Virus record (IMG/VR): IMGVR_UViG_2617270998_000006
Span: 1 to 46,468 of that record
DNA from: a virus
Taxonomy: Duplodnaviria; Heunggongvirae; Uroviricota; Caudoviricetes
Reading direction: 5' to 3' (one strand)
Length of the DNA: 46,468 nt
The notes beneath the pieces were generated by a model that did not search any database, had not been told where the DNA came from, and was given only the letters and a program-made list of their open reading frames with translations. A program made the position numbers and the translations under genes. Positions within the stretch are counted from its first letter, which is position 1; every line of letters begins with the position of its first letter. This document shows, in pieces, positions 18,898 to 28,210 of the stretch.

Positions 18898-19191
18898 ATG
18901 TGGAGAGGTAATAGTCATGGCAAAAGCCAGATGATACTTACCGAATATCAGTTTGACCATAAAACCAACAAATCACGTTCAGTATATTTGCTTCGGCACA
19001 ATAGCCGCGTAAGGAATACCGTGCTGGAGCAAAATCTGACTGTTGAAATGGATAATTACGGGGGCTTCAAGCCAACAATTTCGCTTGATGATTTTCCTCG
19101 TGGTTTAAGCGAAAGAGAAGCAATGCTGAAATTAGCAGAATGGCTACAAAGATTAAGCATTGCTATTGAAGATAACTGGTCTGAACCTTAA
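18898..19191 (+). CDS. hypothetical protein
   Basis: Start moved to internal ATG (MWRGNSHGK...) preceded by GAGGT. Confidence 0.4.
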   Translation: MWRGNSHGKSQMILTEYQFDHKTNKSRSVYLLRHNSRVRNTVLEQNLTVEMDNYGGFKPTISLDDFPRGLSEREAMLKLAEWLQRLSIAIEDNWSEP

Positions 19192-19197
19192 ATTTAT

Positions 19198-19572
19198 ATG
19201 ATGACACTAAAACATTATCTTGACCGCCCATTATGGACGGCAGCCGCAGGCTATGACTTTAATTATATGGATTGCATGTCTTATACCGCCAATGCATACG
19301 ACCATTCCTTCAGTCTGCTGTTTAATTCTTTAAGAATATTGCCGCAAACAGAAGTTGGAGAGCTTCATTTATGGCTATTGGGCTTTATCGCGGCTGGAGT
19401 TGGTATTGCTGTATGGCCTTTTATTTTCTGGCTGGTGGCTGTTGTAGTGTGGTTTAAGTGCAAGACGTACCGGAAAAAGTATTTCTTAGGTGATGGAATG
19501 ACTGATATTGCCAAAATGAACATTGAAAAATGGACTAAGGAATGTGAAAAGAAATGGCGCAAAAAGAAATGA
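19198..19572 (+). CDS. putative membrane protein
   Basis: 124-aa ORF with two hydrophobic stretches (LWLLGFIAAGVGIAVWPFIFWLVAVVVWF). Confidence 0.45.
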   Translation: MMTLKHYLDRPLWTAAAGYDFNYMDCMSYTANAYDHSFSLLFNSLRILPQTEVGELHLWLLGFIAAGVGIAVWPFIFWLVAVVVWFKCKTYRKKYFLGDGMTDIAKMNIEKWTKECEKKWRKKK

Positions 19573-20228
19573 CTACTCTAACGACAGCATACTTACAGCA
19601 ATTGGTATTTTTTGCAGGCGAGGCTACTTGTCATCCTGACGCAAACTATTTATTGGAATTTGAGAGGTTAGCGTCACCCGGTATCGTTCTGGAACTGGCC
19701 CAACAGGTGCTGGCCTTAAGACAAAAAGAGCAACATGAAAGTAATACGTGTAGATTGAATTTTGAGCAGTGGCTGGAACAGCAACGCGGAAAAATCGATG
19801 TGGACTGTGGTTGTGTGTCCACTGAAACATTCATGCACTGGCTGCGGGTAGCTTACGAGGCTGGCAACTATCCGGATATTCCGGATAGTTCGGTGCCAGC
19901 GCCAGGAAAGGGCGTCACCGGTGAACGTATCCGCATTAAGCCGCATGTTTATCGCGAACTGGTTAACCGTCTCCACGATACAGCGATCAAGTGTGCTGGC
20001 ACCCAGCAATTACGAGAAAGAATTAGCCGTGTTTTGGGCGACGTTATTACGCCATATCATCATAAACAAGCTGAGAAAAGCGGTCTGGAAAGGTGTCATC
20101 TTGAGGCAGCATTAAACATTAAGCCGGGGCATACGCTTGGCATTATTGATGCACTGTTGGTTCATAAGATGGCCAGGGCTTTATTGTCGTTGGTGGACGC
20201 TGGTGATACAAGCGAGGGTGAAGTATGA
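19554..20228 (+). CDS. hypothetical protein
   Basis: 224-aa ORF overlapping its neighbours by a few codons. Confidence 0.45.
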   Translation: MAQKEMTTLTTAYLQQLVFFAGEATCHPDANYLLEFERLASPGIVLELAQQVLALRQKEQHESNTCRLNFEQWLEQQRGKIDVDCGCVSTETFMHWLRVAYEAGNYPDIPDSSVPAPGKGVTGERIRIKPHVYRELVNRLHDTAIKCAGTQQLRERISRVLGDVITPYHHKQAEKSGLERCHLEAALNIKPGHTLGIIDALLVHKMARALLSLVDAGDTSEGEV

Positions 20229-20587
20229 GAGTTGCAGATCACATTAAACACCTTGAAAGAATTATCGAAAACGGTGAACTCTTAAGAGATCAGATGAGAC
20301 GCACGGCAGAAGCCAGGGAGGCGATAATCCGCAGTCAGGCTGGTAAATTAAAGCAATTGTCAGAGATTAACACGCTATACAAGAACAGACGTAACCGGGC
20401 GGTGATGCGGCTTCAGAAAGCACGTAATGAAATTAAATTGGTGGAGGCAAAACTGAAAAAACAGATCCAGCGTTACGATCAGCAAGATGCTTTTTATGCC
20501 GCCATCAAGGCGGCTGCTAATGAAATAGGCATCTGGAAGTTGCTGGTGGAGAAAGCAAAGACGAAGTTAAATGCCAACGAAAGCTGA
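20225..20587 (+). CDS. hypothetical coiled-coil protein
   Basis: 120-aa ORF, ATGA overlap with the upstream gene. Confidence 0.45.
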   Translation: MRVADHIKHLERIIENGELLRDQMRRTAEAREAIIRSQAGKLKQLSEINTLYKNRRNRAVMRLQKARNEIKLVEAKLKKQIQRYDQQDAFYAAIKAAANEIGIWKLLVEKAKTKLNANES

Positions 20588-20662
20588 ACTACAGGCGCCC
20601 ACCAGCACATACAGAAAATGATTGTTTCCACATCAAGGAGATTTTAATGTTTCACTGAAACA

Positions 20663-20800
20663 TTAAGTAAGCCAGTGCATAATTCCATTTTTTACTGACC
20701 TTAAAAGCAAAATCAAAACGATGATGAGGATAATAGCCAGAATCTGGCTAATAATAGGCGCATCTAAAAATGCACTCAGGAACTGAAAAAAAGCGTTCAT
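20663..20800 (-). CDS. small hydrophobic protein (45 aa), candidate membrane peptide
   Basis: MNAFFQFLSAFLDAPIISQILAIILIIVLILLLRSVKNGIMHWLT; AAGGAA SD 8 nt upstream of ATG; lies in an otherwise ORF-poor stretch of about 1 kb. Confidence 0.3.
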   Translation of the reverse strand: MNAFFQFLSAFLDAPIISQILAIILIIVLILLLRSVKNGIMHWLT

Positions 20801-21665
20801 TCAGGTGGTTCCTTGTCAAATGTAAAGGTGCACTTGCTCACGTTGACGTAGAAACCCAACCCCTATATAGTTGGATTCGGTGAATGAAAGTCGTTAACGT
20901 GAGCTTACGGCACATGTTTTCGGAAAAACATCAGGGAACGGCTAATTCCTTGATGCGGGTGGGGTCTGTAATGCAGACCCTATCTATTAACGTCATGATT
21001 GCATCTCAAATTTTCTCCTTATCTTCAATTAATCTACATACATTCATTTTATCTGTTAGCCACCACAATATGTAGAAAATGGCCCTCTTGCAAGTGCATA
21101 ACTTTGTGGATAACTCAGGAAGGAAAAAGTGGCTTTCGCGCACCTTCGGTCAGACAAGGTGTCCGGGAAAGTCAACGCAAAGAAAAAAATTGTTAAAAAT
21201 AACGTTTGTTGGAATTGTATATTTTTATCCCCTTCAATGGTTAGCATTCTATTAACATCTTTTTTTAGAGACAGAAAAACATATCGTAACAACATATATA
21301 CAGTATTAAGAGGCGAGTATTATCCTGCGGTGGGAATTCTGGGCGCTGTTAGATTCGACTTTCTCAGCAGGATTACATCGTCAACTTGCGACGTTGCCGT
21401 ATGACTTTCGTGTAATAGGTGACAATGATGCGGCTAGTGAGTTACTTGTGAAGTTTTTCGGAAAAGGTTTTGTGGCCTCGGATCTTGATGAGCTACAGCA
21501 ACATGAAGTGTCTAATTTGATTTTTAGCCATAGCCAATAAGCATCTCTCCCCTTTGAGGCCACAATTTGTGACCTTAAACAATTTGTTTTCTGCTTTTTC
21601 TTATTTGAGAAAATAACGTTGTTGACAGCTAATAGGCTCGTTGTTGTTATACATGCCTGTATAGA

Positions 21666-22022
21666 TTATGACCGTAAATTATTAGCGGATTTTAAGCCAT
21701 ATTCACCGTTGTAGAAATTACTCATGTTCCATTCATTAGGAAGTTCTTTTCTGTCCAATGTATAGTGGCGCACGATATAACGATCTTCATCTTCTTCGAT
21801 GGACAGGCGGACATAGCCAATGTGAATCACCGATACGGGCGGTGTTCGTATTGCATAGATGTCGCGGAGATATACCGGCAGCTCGACAAATGCATCAGGT
21901 GCATCTGTGATGCTCGTTTTTTCACAGTATTCATATAACGCATCGTTGATATCGTTAAGAGATTCATGATCGTATATTTCCAGGTAATTACCGCGATCGC
22001 GATTGTACTCGATTTTAGCCAT
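21666..22022 (-). CDS. hypothetical protein
   Basis: 118-aa ORF, abutting the upstream gene. Confidence 0.45.
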   Translation of the reverse strand: MAKIEYNRDRGNYLEIYDHESLNDINDALYEYCEKTSITDAPDAFVELPVYLRDIYAIRTPPVSVIHIGYVRLSIEEDEDRYIVRHYTLDRKELPNEWNMSNFYNGEYGLKSANNLRS

Positions 22023-22607
22023 TCAAAATCCCCTGTTATCGTTTTGCATTTCTCTAATCCGGTTCAGAACTACTTCGTGCTGGATTTGGATAGCGGCTTT
22101 TTCGTTTTCAAGCCGGGAAATAGACATCTCTAATTCTTTGCTGTACCAGGCGAGCTGGGCCAGGTTCATCCGGTTGTGGTCGAGAGTTGGAGACACTTCG
22201 ACGCGATCCCTTTCTTCCTGCTTTAATGAGAAGAGATTCATCTCATCCCTTGAGGAAAATTCAGCAACAATTTCTTGTTGATGATCCGGTCGCTGCGGCA
22301 TCCTCGCCAGTATAAATGGCGGTTCTTTTGAAAACATGAATGTCGGTTCAGACCGTGTTTTTACCCAGCTTGCCTGCTGTCTTTCGGCAAGTTCACAGGC
22401 TTCATCATAGTTATCTGCCAAACAAAGCACGGATGGACGGTCCCACGCCCCACCATTCAGACAATAAACTACAATTTTCCCGTCAGGTTGTGTAACCCCA
22501 TATGGATGGTCCCACCAGGCGTCCAGCTGAGCTTTAGAGCGTTTCTCGTTAGGAGTGCAGTCAAAATTTTTGGGCAATACAGGATCGAGAGGAATGCGAT
22601 TAGGCAT
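22023..22607 (-). CDS. hypothetical protein
   Basis: 194-aa ORF transcribed divergently from humD. Confidence 0.45.
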   Translation of the reverse strand: MPNRIPLDPVLPKNFDCTPNEKRSKAQLDAWWDHPYGVTQPDGKIVVYCLNGGAWDRPSVLCLADNYDEACELAERQQASWVKTRSEPTFMFSKEPPFILARMPQRPDHQQEIVAEFSSRDEMNLFSLKQEERDRVEVSPTLDHNRMNLAQLAWYSKELEMSISRLENEKAAIQIQHEVVLNRIREMQNDNRGF

Positions 22608-22743
22608 AGCTAATTCCTTATTAACTGATTGGCAACGAGGTTACGCTGATCCCGCGGTGATGAATAGTAGCAAAGCGCACAAAAATCATCAGCGGTGGTT
22701 GATGTACATAACGTGTTTGCACCAAAGGTGCTTCTTTAATGTA

Positions 22744-22763
22744 TACTGTGCAGATAAACAGTA
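22744..22763. promoter_or_regulatory. LexA box (SOS operator)
   Basis: TACTGTGCAGATAAACAGTA: perfect CTGT-N8-ACAG, about 20 bp upstream of the humD start. Confidence 0.7.
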
Positions 22764-22781
22764 TTTTTGAGGTAAAACGCT

Positions 22782-23171
22782 ATGGGTTTCCCTTCTCCTG
22801 TGGCGGATTATGTTGAAAACCGAATTTCTCTTGATCAGCAGATAATTAGGCATCCATCAGCAACCTACTTCATGCGGGCAGCTGATAGCCATCACCGTGA
22901 GGGAATATTGCAGGGTGCTTTGCTGGTGGTTGATTCTTCGCTTACTCCAGTTGATGGTTCGCTGCTTGTGTGCGCTATGGAGGGTGAATATCGCATAAAG
23001 AGATACAGGAAGTATCCGCGCCAGCACCTGGAGGATTTAAGCACCGGGAAGAAAGAGGCGTTACCAGTAGATGACGATGGATACACGGGCAGTAATGCTG
23101 TTTTTGGTGTGATCACTCATGTCATCAATGATGCCCGAAGTGGGGAGTTTGATGATTGTCCGGTTATTTAA
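22782..23171 (+). CDS. humD: UmuD'-like SOS mutagenesis protein (P1 HumD)
   Basis: 129-aa LexA/UmuD-type peptidase S24 C-terminal domain lacking the N-terminal cleavable arm (starts MGFPSP..., with the SxxK-type catalytic region). Confidence 0.8.
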   Translation: MGFPSPVADYVENRISLDQQIIRHPSATYFMRAADSHHREGILQGALLVVDSSLTPVDGSLLVCAMEGEYRIKRYRKYPRQHLEDLSTGKKEALPVDDDGYTGSNAVFGVITHVINDARSGEFDDCPVI

Positions 23172-23199
23172 GCTGCAAAGGGCTGGTGCTTTATGCCTG

Positions 23200-23240
23200 T
23201 GAGGTTTATAATTGTGTACACATAACGAGTACACGAGGTG
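23200..23240 (+). promoter_or_regulatory. phd-doc promoter and operator
   Basis: TATAAT at about 23207-23212 followed by palindrome GTGTACAC and a related GAGTACAC site, then GAGGT SD. Confidence 0.5.
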
Positions 23241-23243
23241 TTT

Positions 23244-23465
23244 ATGCAATCCATTAACTTCCGTACCGCGCGCGGCAACCTTTCTGAAGTGCTCAACAAT
23301 GTTGAAGCCGGGGAAGAGGTTGAAATCACCCGCAGAGGCCGTGAGCCAGCAGTAATTGTCAGCAAGGCTACTTTCGAAGCCTACAAAAAAGCGGCGCTGG
23401 ATGCTGAATTTGCATCCCTGTTTGACACCCTGGACTCCACCAACAAGGAACTGGTTAACCGATAA
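23244..23465 (+). CDS. phd: Phd antitoxin
   Basis: [32 protein letters not shown]... recognised as P1 Phd; stop overlaps the doc start. Confidence 0.9.
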
Positions 23466-23845
23466 TGAGGCATATATCACCGGAAGAACTTATTGCGCTT
23501 CATGATGCGAATATAAGCCGCTACGGCGGCCTGCCGGGAATGTCAGATCCGGGTAGGGCAGAGGCCATTATCGGGAGAGTTCAGGCCAGAGTTGCCTACG
23601 AAGATATCACCGACCTTTTCGAAGTCTCCGCCACCTACCTGGTGGCTACAGCGAGAGGGCATATATTCAATGATGCCAATAAGCGTACCGCGCTAAACAG
23701 CGCGCTGCTATTTCTACGCCGTAACGGGGTGCAGGTATTTGATTCACCTGAACTGGCAGACCTTACTGTAGGGGCTGCGACTGGCGAGATATCTGTATCT
23801 TCTGTCGCCGACACGTTACGTAGATTGTATGGTTCTGCGGAGTAG
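23465..23845 (+). CDS. doc: Doc toxin (Fic-fold kinase)
   Basis: 126-aa ORF with the Doc catalytic region [12 protein letters not shown]; recognised as P1 Doc. Confidence 0.9.
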
Positions 23846-23849
23846 ATTA

Positions 23850-24029
23850 ATGGCACGCAAATACAACAAATTGTCCCGTGAAGCGTTAAAGATGCTTCTT
23901 GATGGCGTGAGTCGCCGCGAGGTAAAGCAATACCTGGTTGGTAAGCAAATTGGAGCCAGGACTGCTATTGCTGTGTTATGCCGTCAGGAAATGGTTGTGC
24001 TTAAACAGAGAATGCCGGGCAGCAGATAA
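23850..24029 (+). CDS. hypothetical small protein (post-doc gene)
   Basis: Start moved to internal ATG (MARKYNKLSRE...) preceded by GGAG. Confidence 0.35.
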   Translation: MARKYNKLSREALKMLLDGVSRREVKQYLVGKQIGARTAIAVLCRQEMVVLKQRMPGSR

Positions 24030-24056
24030 AGCCCAATCAGTGATGAAAGGTGTGAT

Positions 24057-25100
24057 GTGAAAGCCGTAATTACTCCCTTTGTACAAAAAGAGCTTGGCGT
24101 CGCCACATTCAAAGTGGATCAGGAAGTCAGAAAGCTGGTGGAGGCTGGCCGTAAATTTATTATGGAGCCGGTGCCGCGTGAGTTAATCGAGCACATGGAC
24201 GACGGCCTCGTTGTTTCCGAGCAAACTATGGCAACAAATGAGGCGTTGCAGCCGTTTTTTAACAGCGATGAACTGTTTCGCCGTATTGGTGGAATTGACG
24301 CGCTGGTGGCGTGGTTGCGCAGGAAAGAGGGGCAATGCCAGGCCGCAGATCGTAGCTGGTGTGACAACCATATTGTCCACGCAGAACGAGACAATAGCGC
24401 GGTGTTGTTGTGCTGGCATCACGATAACCATTACCGGATGCGTGGTTTTAATGAGCTGAAAGAAACGCTGCATAATAATCGCGTTAACTGGATACTGGAT
24501 GTCGCCCGTCAGGAAATGGGGCTTTCAGATGGCCATGATTTAAGTATTCAGGAACTGTGCTGGTGGGCTTTCATGCGCAACATGATGCACCTGATGCCGG
24601 AAGAAGTTTGCCGTATATCAATAAATAAGATGAAAGCCGCAACGCAGGATAGCGGACCTCTGAAAGAGGCGGATATTCGCCCGTATGACGATCGCGCTAC
24701 AGCATATGTTCAGATGATGGAAGAACGCGCCGCGCCGATGCGTGCAAAAGTATGCCCTGTGGATGTTGACTCTGACCCTGGCATGGCGCATTTCAAAATA
24801 CCAAAACTGCAATCGCTAAAATTACCTGAGTACATGGACTTTGTTGCTTCCCGTCCATGCTGTGGGTGTGGAGCGGCGGGAGCTGGCGCTCACATTACGC
24901 CTTATATCGTTCGTCATAGTCGATTATGCGCGCATGACATTTACCCAATTCCTCTGTGCCAGTCATGCCAGCGTGATATTGAGCGTGACCGCGATAATTG
25001 GGAGAAGACGCACGGTAGGCTGGCGATGCATCAACGATTGTTCTTTGATTACGCGCTTGGAGTCGGCGCTATCACAAGTCACTCGTCGAGCGTTATATAA
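24057..25100 (+). CDS. hypothetical Cys-rich protein (post-doc gene)
   Basis: 347-aa ORF with C-terminal Cys cluster (CCGCG...[15 protein letters not shown]); no Walker motifs and no GATC hexamer cluster, so not a pacA or terminase ATPase. Confidence 0.5.
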   Translation: MKAVITPFVQKELGVATFKVDQEVRKLVEAGRKFIMEPVPRELIEHMDDGLVVSEQTMATNEALQPFFNSDELFRRIGGIDALVAWLRRKEGQCQAADRSWCDNHIVHAERDNSAVLLCWHHDNHYRMRGFNELKETLHNNRVNWILDVARQEMGLSDGHDLSIQELCWWAFMRNMMHLMPEEVCRISINKMKAATQDSGPLKEADIRPYDDRATAYVQMMEERAAPMRAKVCPVDVDSDPGMAHFKIPKLQSLKLPEYMDFVASRPCCGCGAAGAGAHITPYIVRHSRLCAHDIYPIPLCQSCQRDIERDRDNWEKTHGRLAMHQRLFFDYALGVGAITSHSSSVI

Positions 25101-25101
25101 A

Positions 25102-25118
25102 ATTGCTCTAATGTATTG
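25102..25118 (+). promoter_or_regulatory. C1 repressor operator
   Basis: ATTGCTCTAATGTATTG directly after the upstream stop codon. Confidence 0.55.
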
Positions 25119-25188
25119 CTATTTCTTTAATCGAGTGTATTATATTCCACGTTGATTAGTTGACATGGGCTAATCAGTAGGTGACAGG

Positions 25189-25395
25189 ATGTTACTTAAC
25201 TGGCAGGGACGCCACTTCATGGAAATAAATCACTCACGAATAACATCGTACGAGATTGCGGATTACATGATCCGCACTAAATCTCTTCTATCAGCGAAAG
25301 AACTCGCAGCAATTCTTGAAAAGGAATACCCGCATCTGGATGTCGATAAGCGCGATGTTTATCTGCGCTTAACAGTGAGGAATCACCGCTGGTAA
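25189..25395 (+). CDS. hypothetical 68-aa protein, possibly a truncated late-promoter-activator (lpa) homologue
   Basis: Sits where I recall the C1-controlled lpa gene, but looks too short; stop lies 18 nt before the terminase fragment. Confidence 0.3.
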   Translation: MLLNWQGRHFMEINHSRITSYEIADYMIRTKSLLSAKELAAILEKEYPHLDVDKRDVYLRLTVRNHRW

Positions 25396-25412
25396 CGCCA
25401 GCATTTATCAAA

Positions 25413-26189
25413 ATGAAGCTGGCGGAGTACGGCGGGCGTGATAACCCTATGTACATGATTAAGGTACGCGGACTATTCCCTAAATCACAGGATGGCTTCC
25501 TTCTTGGACGTGATGAGGTTGAACGTGCGACGCGGCGGAAAGTCAAGATTGCCAAAGGATGGGGCTGGCTTGCATGTGTGGACGTTGCTGGTGGTACGGG
25601 ACGGGATAAGTCCGTTATCAATATCATGATGGTGTCCGGCCAGCGAAATAAACGCCGTGTAATCAACTATCGAATGCTGGAATACACAGACGTTACAGAA
25701 ACGCAGCTTGCCGCCAAAATTTTCTCAGAATGTAATCCTGAGCGATTCCCAAATATCACCATAGCGATAGACGGCGATGGCCTGGGTAAAGCAACGGCGG
25801 ATCTGATGTACGAGTATTATGGTATTACCGTACAGCGTATACGCTGGGGTAAAAAGATGCATAGCCGTGAAGATAAGAGCCTGTACTTTGATAAACGTGC
25901 TTATGCCAACGTTCAAGCCGCAGAGGCCGTAAAATCTGGTCGTATGAGACTGGATAAGGGTAATGAAACTATTGAGGAAGCGTCGAAAATCCCTGTAGGG
26001 ATTAACTCCGCAGGTCAATGGAAGGTGATGAGTAAGGAGGATATGAAGAAAAAACTCAACCTGCACTCACCAGACCATTGGGATACATATTGTTTCGCTA
26101 TGCTGGCGGATTATGTTCCCCAGGATGAAGTGCTTAGCGTCGAAGACGAAGCGCAGGTTGATGAAGCTCTGGCATGGCTTAATGAATAA
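25413..26189 (+). pseudogene. terminase large subunit remnant: C-terminal RNase H-like nuclease domain only (truncated pacB-like)
   Basis: Acidic-residue segments typical of terminase nuclease domains ([43 protein letters not shown]); no Walker A/B anywhere in this or neighbouring ORFs; frame closes at an in-frame TAA at 25347. Confidence 0.5.
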
Positions 26190-26213
26190 CTCATTGACCA
26201 TGCCGGATGGAAA

Positions 26214-27065
26214 CTATTGCGCGCTTTCGGGGTTGTCGTTTACTGGCTGCCCCTTCTTAGTTTTACGGCTGCGCGTAACTGATGCGGCTGATTTGACCTT
26301 TTTCTCTTCGCGAGTGATGGCAATTTGTTTTTTTACATTTTCAATATCTGCCAGGCGATATATTTTTGCCTGCGGCCAGCGGTCGCAGATGATCGGTTCT
26401 ATAGAGTCATAAAGGCTAAATTTTGCTTTCTCGAATTCACCGTTGATGATAATTCCATCACGGAGAGTTTCATCGCAGATAAACACACCACATAGCGGCA
26501 CATGGTAACTAACTGATTTACCATCATTGTAGTTAGGGCTACTGGAAATGTAATGGACGCGCAGCATTGTCTCGCTAAAGCCGTGTACGCGCATACGGAA
26601 TTTTTCATCCTCCGGGTACTGCTTCATTAGCTCTTTTGTTGCTTCCAGGTTCTCTATGTATTTCGCACTGTGCTCATTGATCCCTGCGCTTTTCTGGATG
26701 CGAATGTCCTTATCAATCAGATGAATAATGCGGCCAGCGGTCATGTTGACGCTGTTCACAGCTTCTGTCTGATAAGTCGTAACCTTACGCACACCGCGAA
26801 GGATGTTAGGCACTGGATATAAAATAGTCTTTGGGATATTGAGGTCTGGGTACTGTTCCAGTTCCCGCGCCATTAAAGTCCATTTATCAATTTCAGCCTG
26901 AATGCTGTCAGTTTCTTTGAACGGCAGAACGACAACCGGGCGTACAGGACGACCGTCGCTGGCGGCATCAACGTGTTGGGCGCGTGCAACAGCTTTTTTT
27001 AGAAAGAGATCCCTGAAGCTGACGAACTCCTGGTACAGTTGTTCGCCGTAGACATAATTTATCAT
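26214..27065 (-). CDS. c1: C1 repressor of lysogeny
   Basis: 283-aa ORF starting MINYVYGEQLYQEFVSFRDLFLKKAV, recognised as P1 C1; cognate operators nearby. Confidence 0.9.
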   Translation of the reverse strand: MINYVYGEQLYQEFVSFRDLFLKKAVARAQHVDAASDGRPVRPVVVLPFKETDSIQAEIDKWTLMARELEQYPDLNIPKTILYPVPNILRGVRKVTTYQTEAVNSVNMTAGRIIHLIDKDIRIQKSAGINEHSAKYIENLEATKELMKQYPEDEKFRMRVHGFSETMLRVHYISSSPNYNDGKSVSYHVPLCGVFICDETLRDGIIINGEFEKAKFSLYDSIEPIICDRWPQAKIYRLADIENVKKQIAITREEKKVKSAASVTRSRKTKKGQPVNDNPESAQ

Positions 27066-27175
27066 TGATCCTCCTCCAGAATTGACATGGCCAACAACTC
27101 ACAGCGGATTACACTGGGAGTTGTTGGCCACCATTATAGAAGGATCCAACGAAAATAATAGATTTATTAGTGCAT

Positions 27176-27385
27176 TTATTGTGAGTCTGGCTGGTTAGTG
27201 GCCATGAGATATTCGATTGTGTCAGTGAGATCATCCAGGTCGTCTTGGGTGATGCGGTACTCCTGATTGGATATCTTTGAGTAGTGTTCAGCAATGGCGC
27301 GGGCAGCGTCGGTTTCGGCGGGGTCTACAGATAAAGCGTTAGAGCAATGTCTAACGTCGTCGATGGTTGGTGGAATGAAAGCCAT
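27176..27385 (-). CDS. coi: Coi, C1 inactivator
   Basis: 69-aa ORF immediately upstream of c1 on the same strand; matches P1 Coi size and position. Confidence 0.8.
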   Translation of the reverse strand: MAFIPPTIDDVRHCSNALSVDPAETDAARAIAEHYSKISNQEYRITQDDLDDLTDTIEYLMATNQPDSQ

Positions 27386-27624
27386 AATTATGCCTCACTG
27401 TATTGACAACACAGAGCCTGAAGCTCTGACCTACTGTTTCACCCATGATCCATGCTGGGGTAATCTAACAACATTGCGCTGTGTGTAAGATGAGCAATGC
27501 ATAGCTGTAATGCCGTTGTATAAGGTTTCCCTGTTTGCTCATTTCCTTCTGAGCCGCTCTACAACGCTGAAGACACATTAAATAGTGAATCCAAAGTCGT
27601 ATTACGAAACGGCGGCAAAACTAT

Positions 27625-27640
27625 GATTTATTAGAGCAAT
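27625..27640 (-). promoter_or_regulatory. C1 repressor operator
   Basis: Reverse complement reads ATTGCTCTAATAAATC; upstream of coi-c1. Confidence 0.6.
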
Positions 27641-27706
27641 TGTCAAACAACTATGAAAAACAATCCAGTTTTTGGCTGGTGGAGTGGGATTTTTCTCTCA
27701 AAATTT

Positions 27707-27723
27707 ATTGCTCTAATAATTCT
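27707..27723 (+). promoter_or_regulatory. C1 repressor operator
   Basis: ATTGCTCTAATAATTCT; paired with the preceding operator in the coi-c1 control region. Confidence 0.6.
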
Positions 27724-27766
27724 TGATTTTTATGCGCAGCTGGACGTAAACTCCTCTTCAGACCTA

Positions 27767-27800
27767 ATAACTTCGTATAGCATACATTATACGAAGTTAT
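27767..27800. other. loxP site-specific recombination site
   Basis: Exact 34-bp ATAACTTCGTATA-GCATACAT-TATACGAAGTTAT. Confidence 0.95.
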
Positions 27801-28210
27801 CTTAAGGGTTATTGAACATGATCAATTTACCTGTAAATCCATACAGTTCAATACCTTATCAGGTCAAATAGTGATCATTTGATCAAGGTTGCGCTACGTA
27901 AAATCTGCGAAATGTTGGCAGTGTTAGTGCTCCAGATTTCGCGTAGCGCACTTAGCACCACCAATCAATCAGAGGTGAAAAATGGGATATTCAGCTGCTA
28001 AAGTGTCCACTCATATTGAGCTTGAGAAAAACCGTGGTTACTGGCGGGCAAAAGGGTTTGATTGTGATAGTTGTCAACTGTCATTATCGCGCGGTGAAGA
28101 GAAAATAGAACGCACGCGCGGTCGCTGGCGTTTCTATGACGAGAACCATAAACAGGTAAAGGCAGAGCCGATCCTGTACACTTTACTTAAAACCATTATC
28201 TGAGTGTTAA

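Noticed and set aside
20600-21660. Search for tRNA genes, which I recall P1 carrying in this general part of the genome
   Set aside because: By eye I found no cloverleaf-compatible segment with a T-loop GTTCRANYC motif here or in other intergenic gaps; this is a negative result without a tRNA scanner, so absence is not proven.
27294-27488. 64-aa plus-strand ORF between coi and loxP
   Set aside because: Overlaps the coi 5' end and the C1-operator control region on the opposite strand; no ribosome-binding site; probably spurious.
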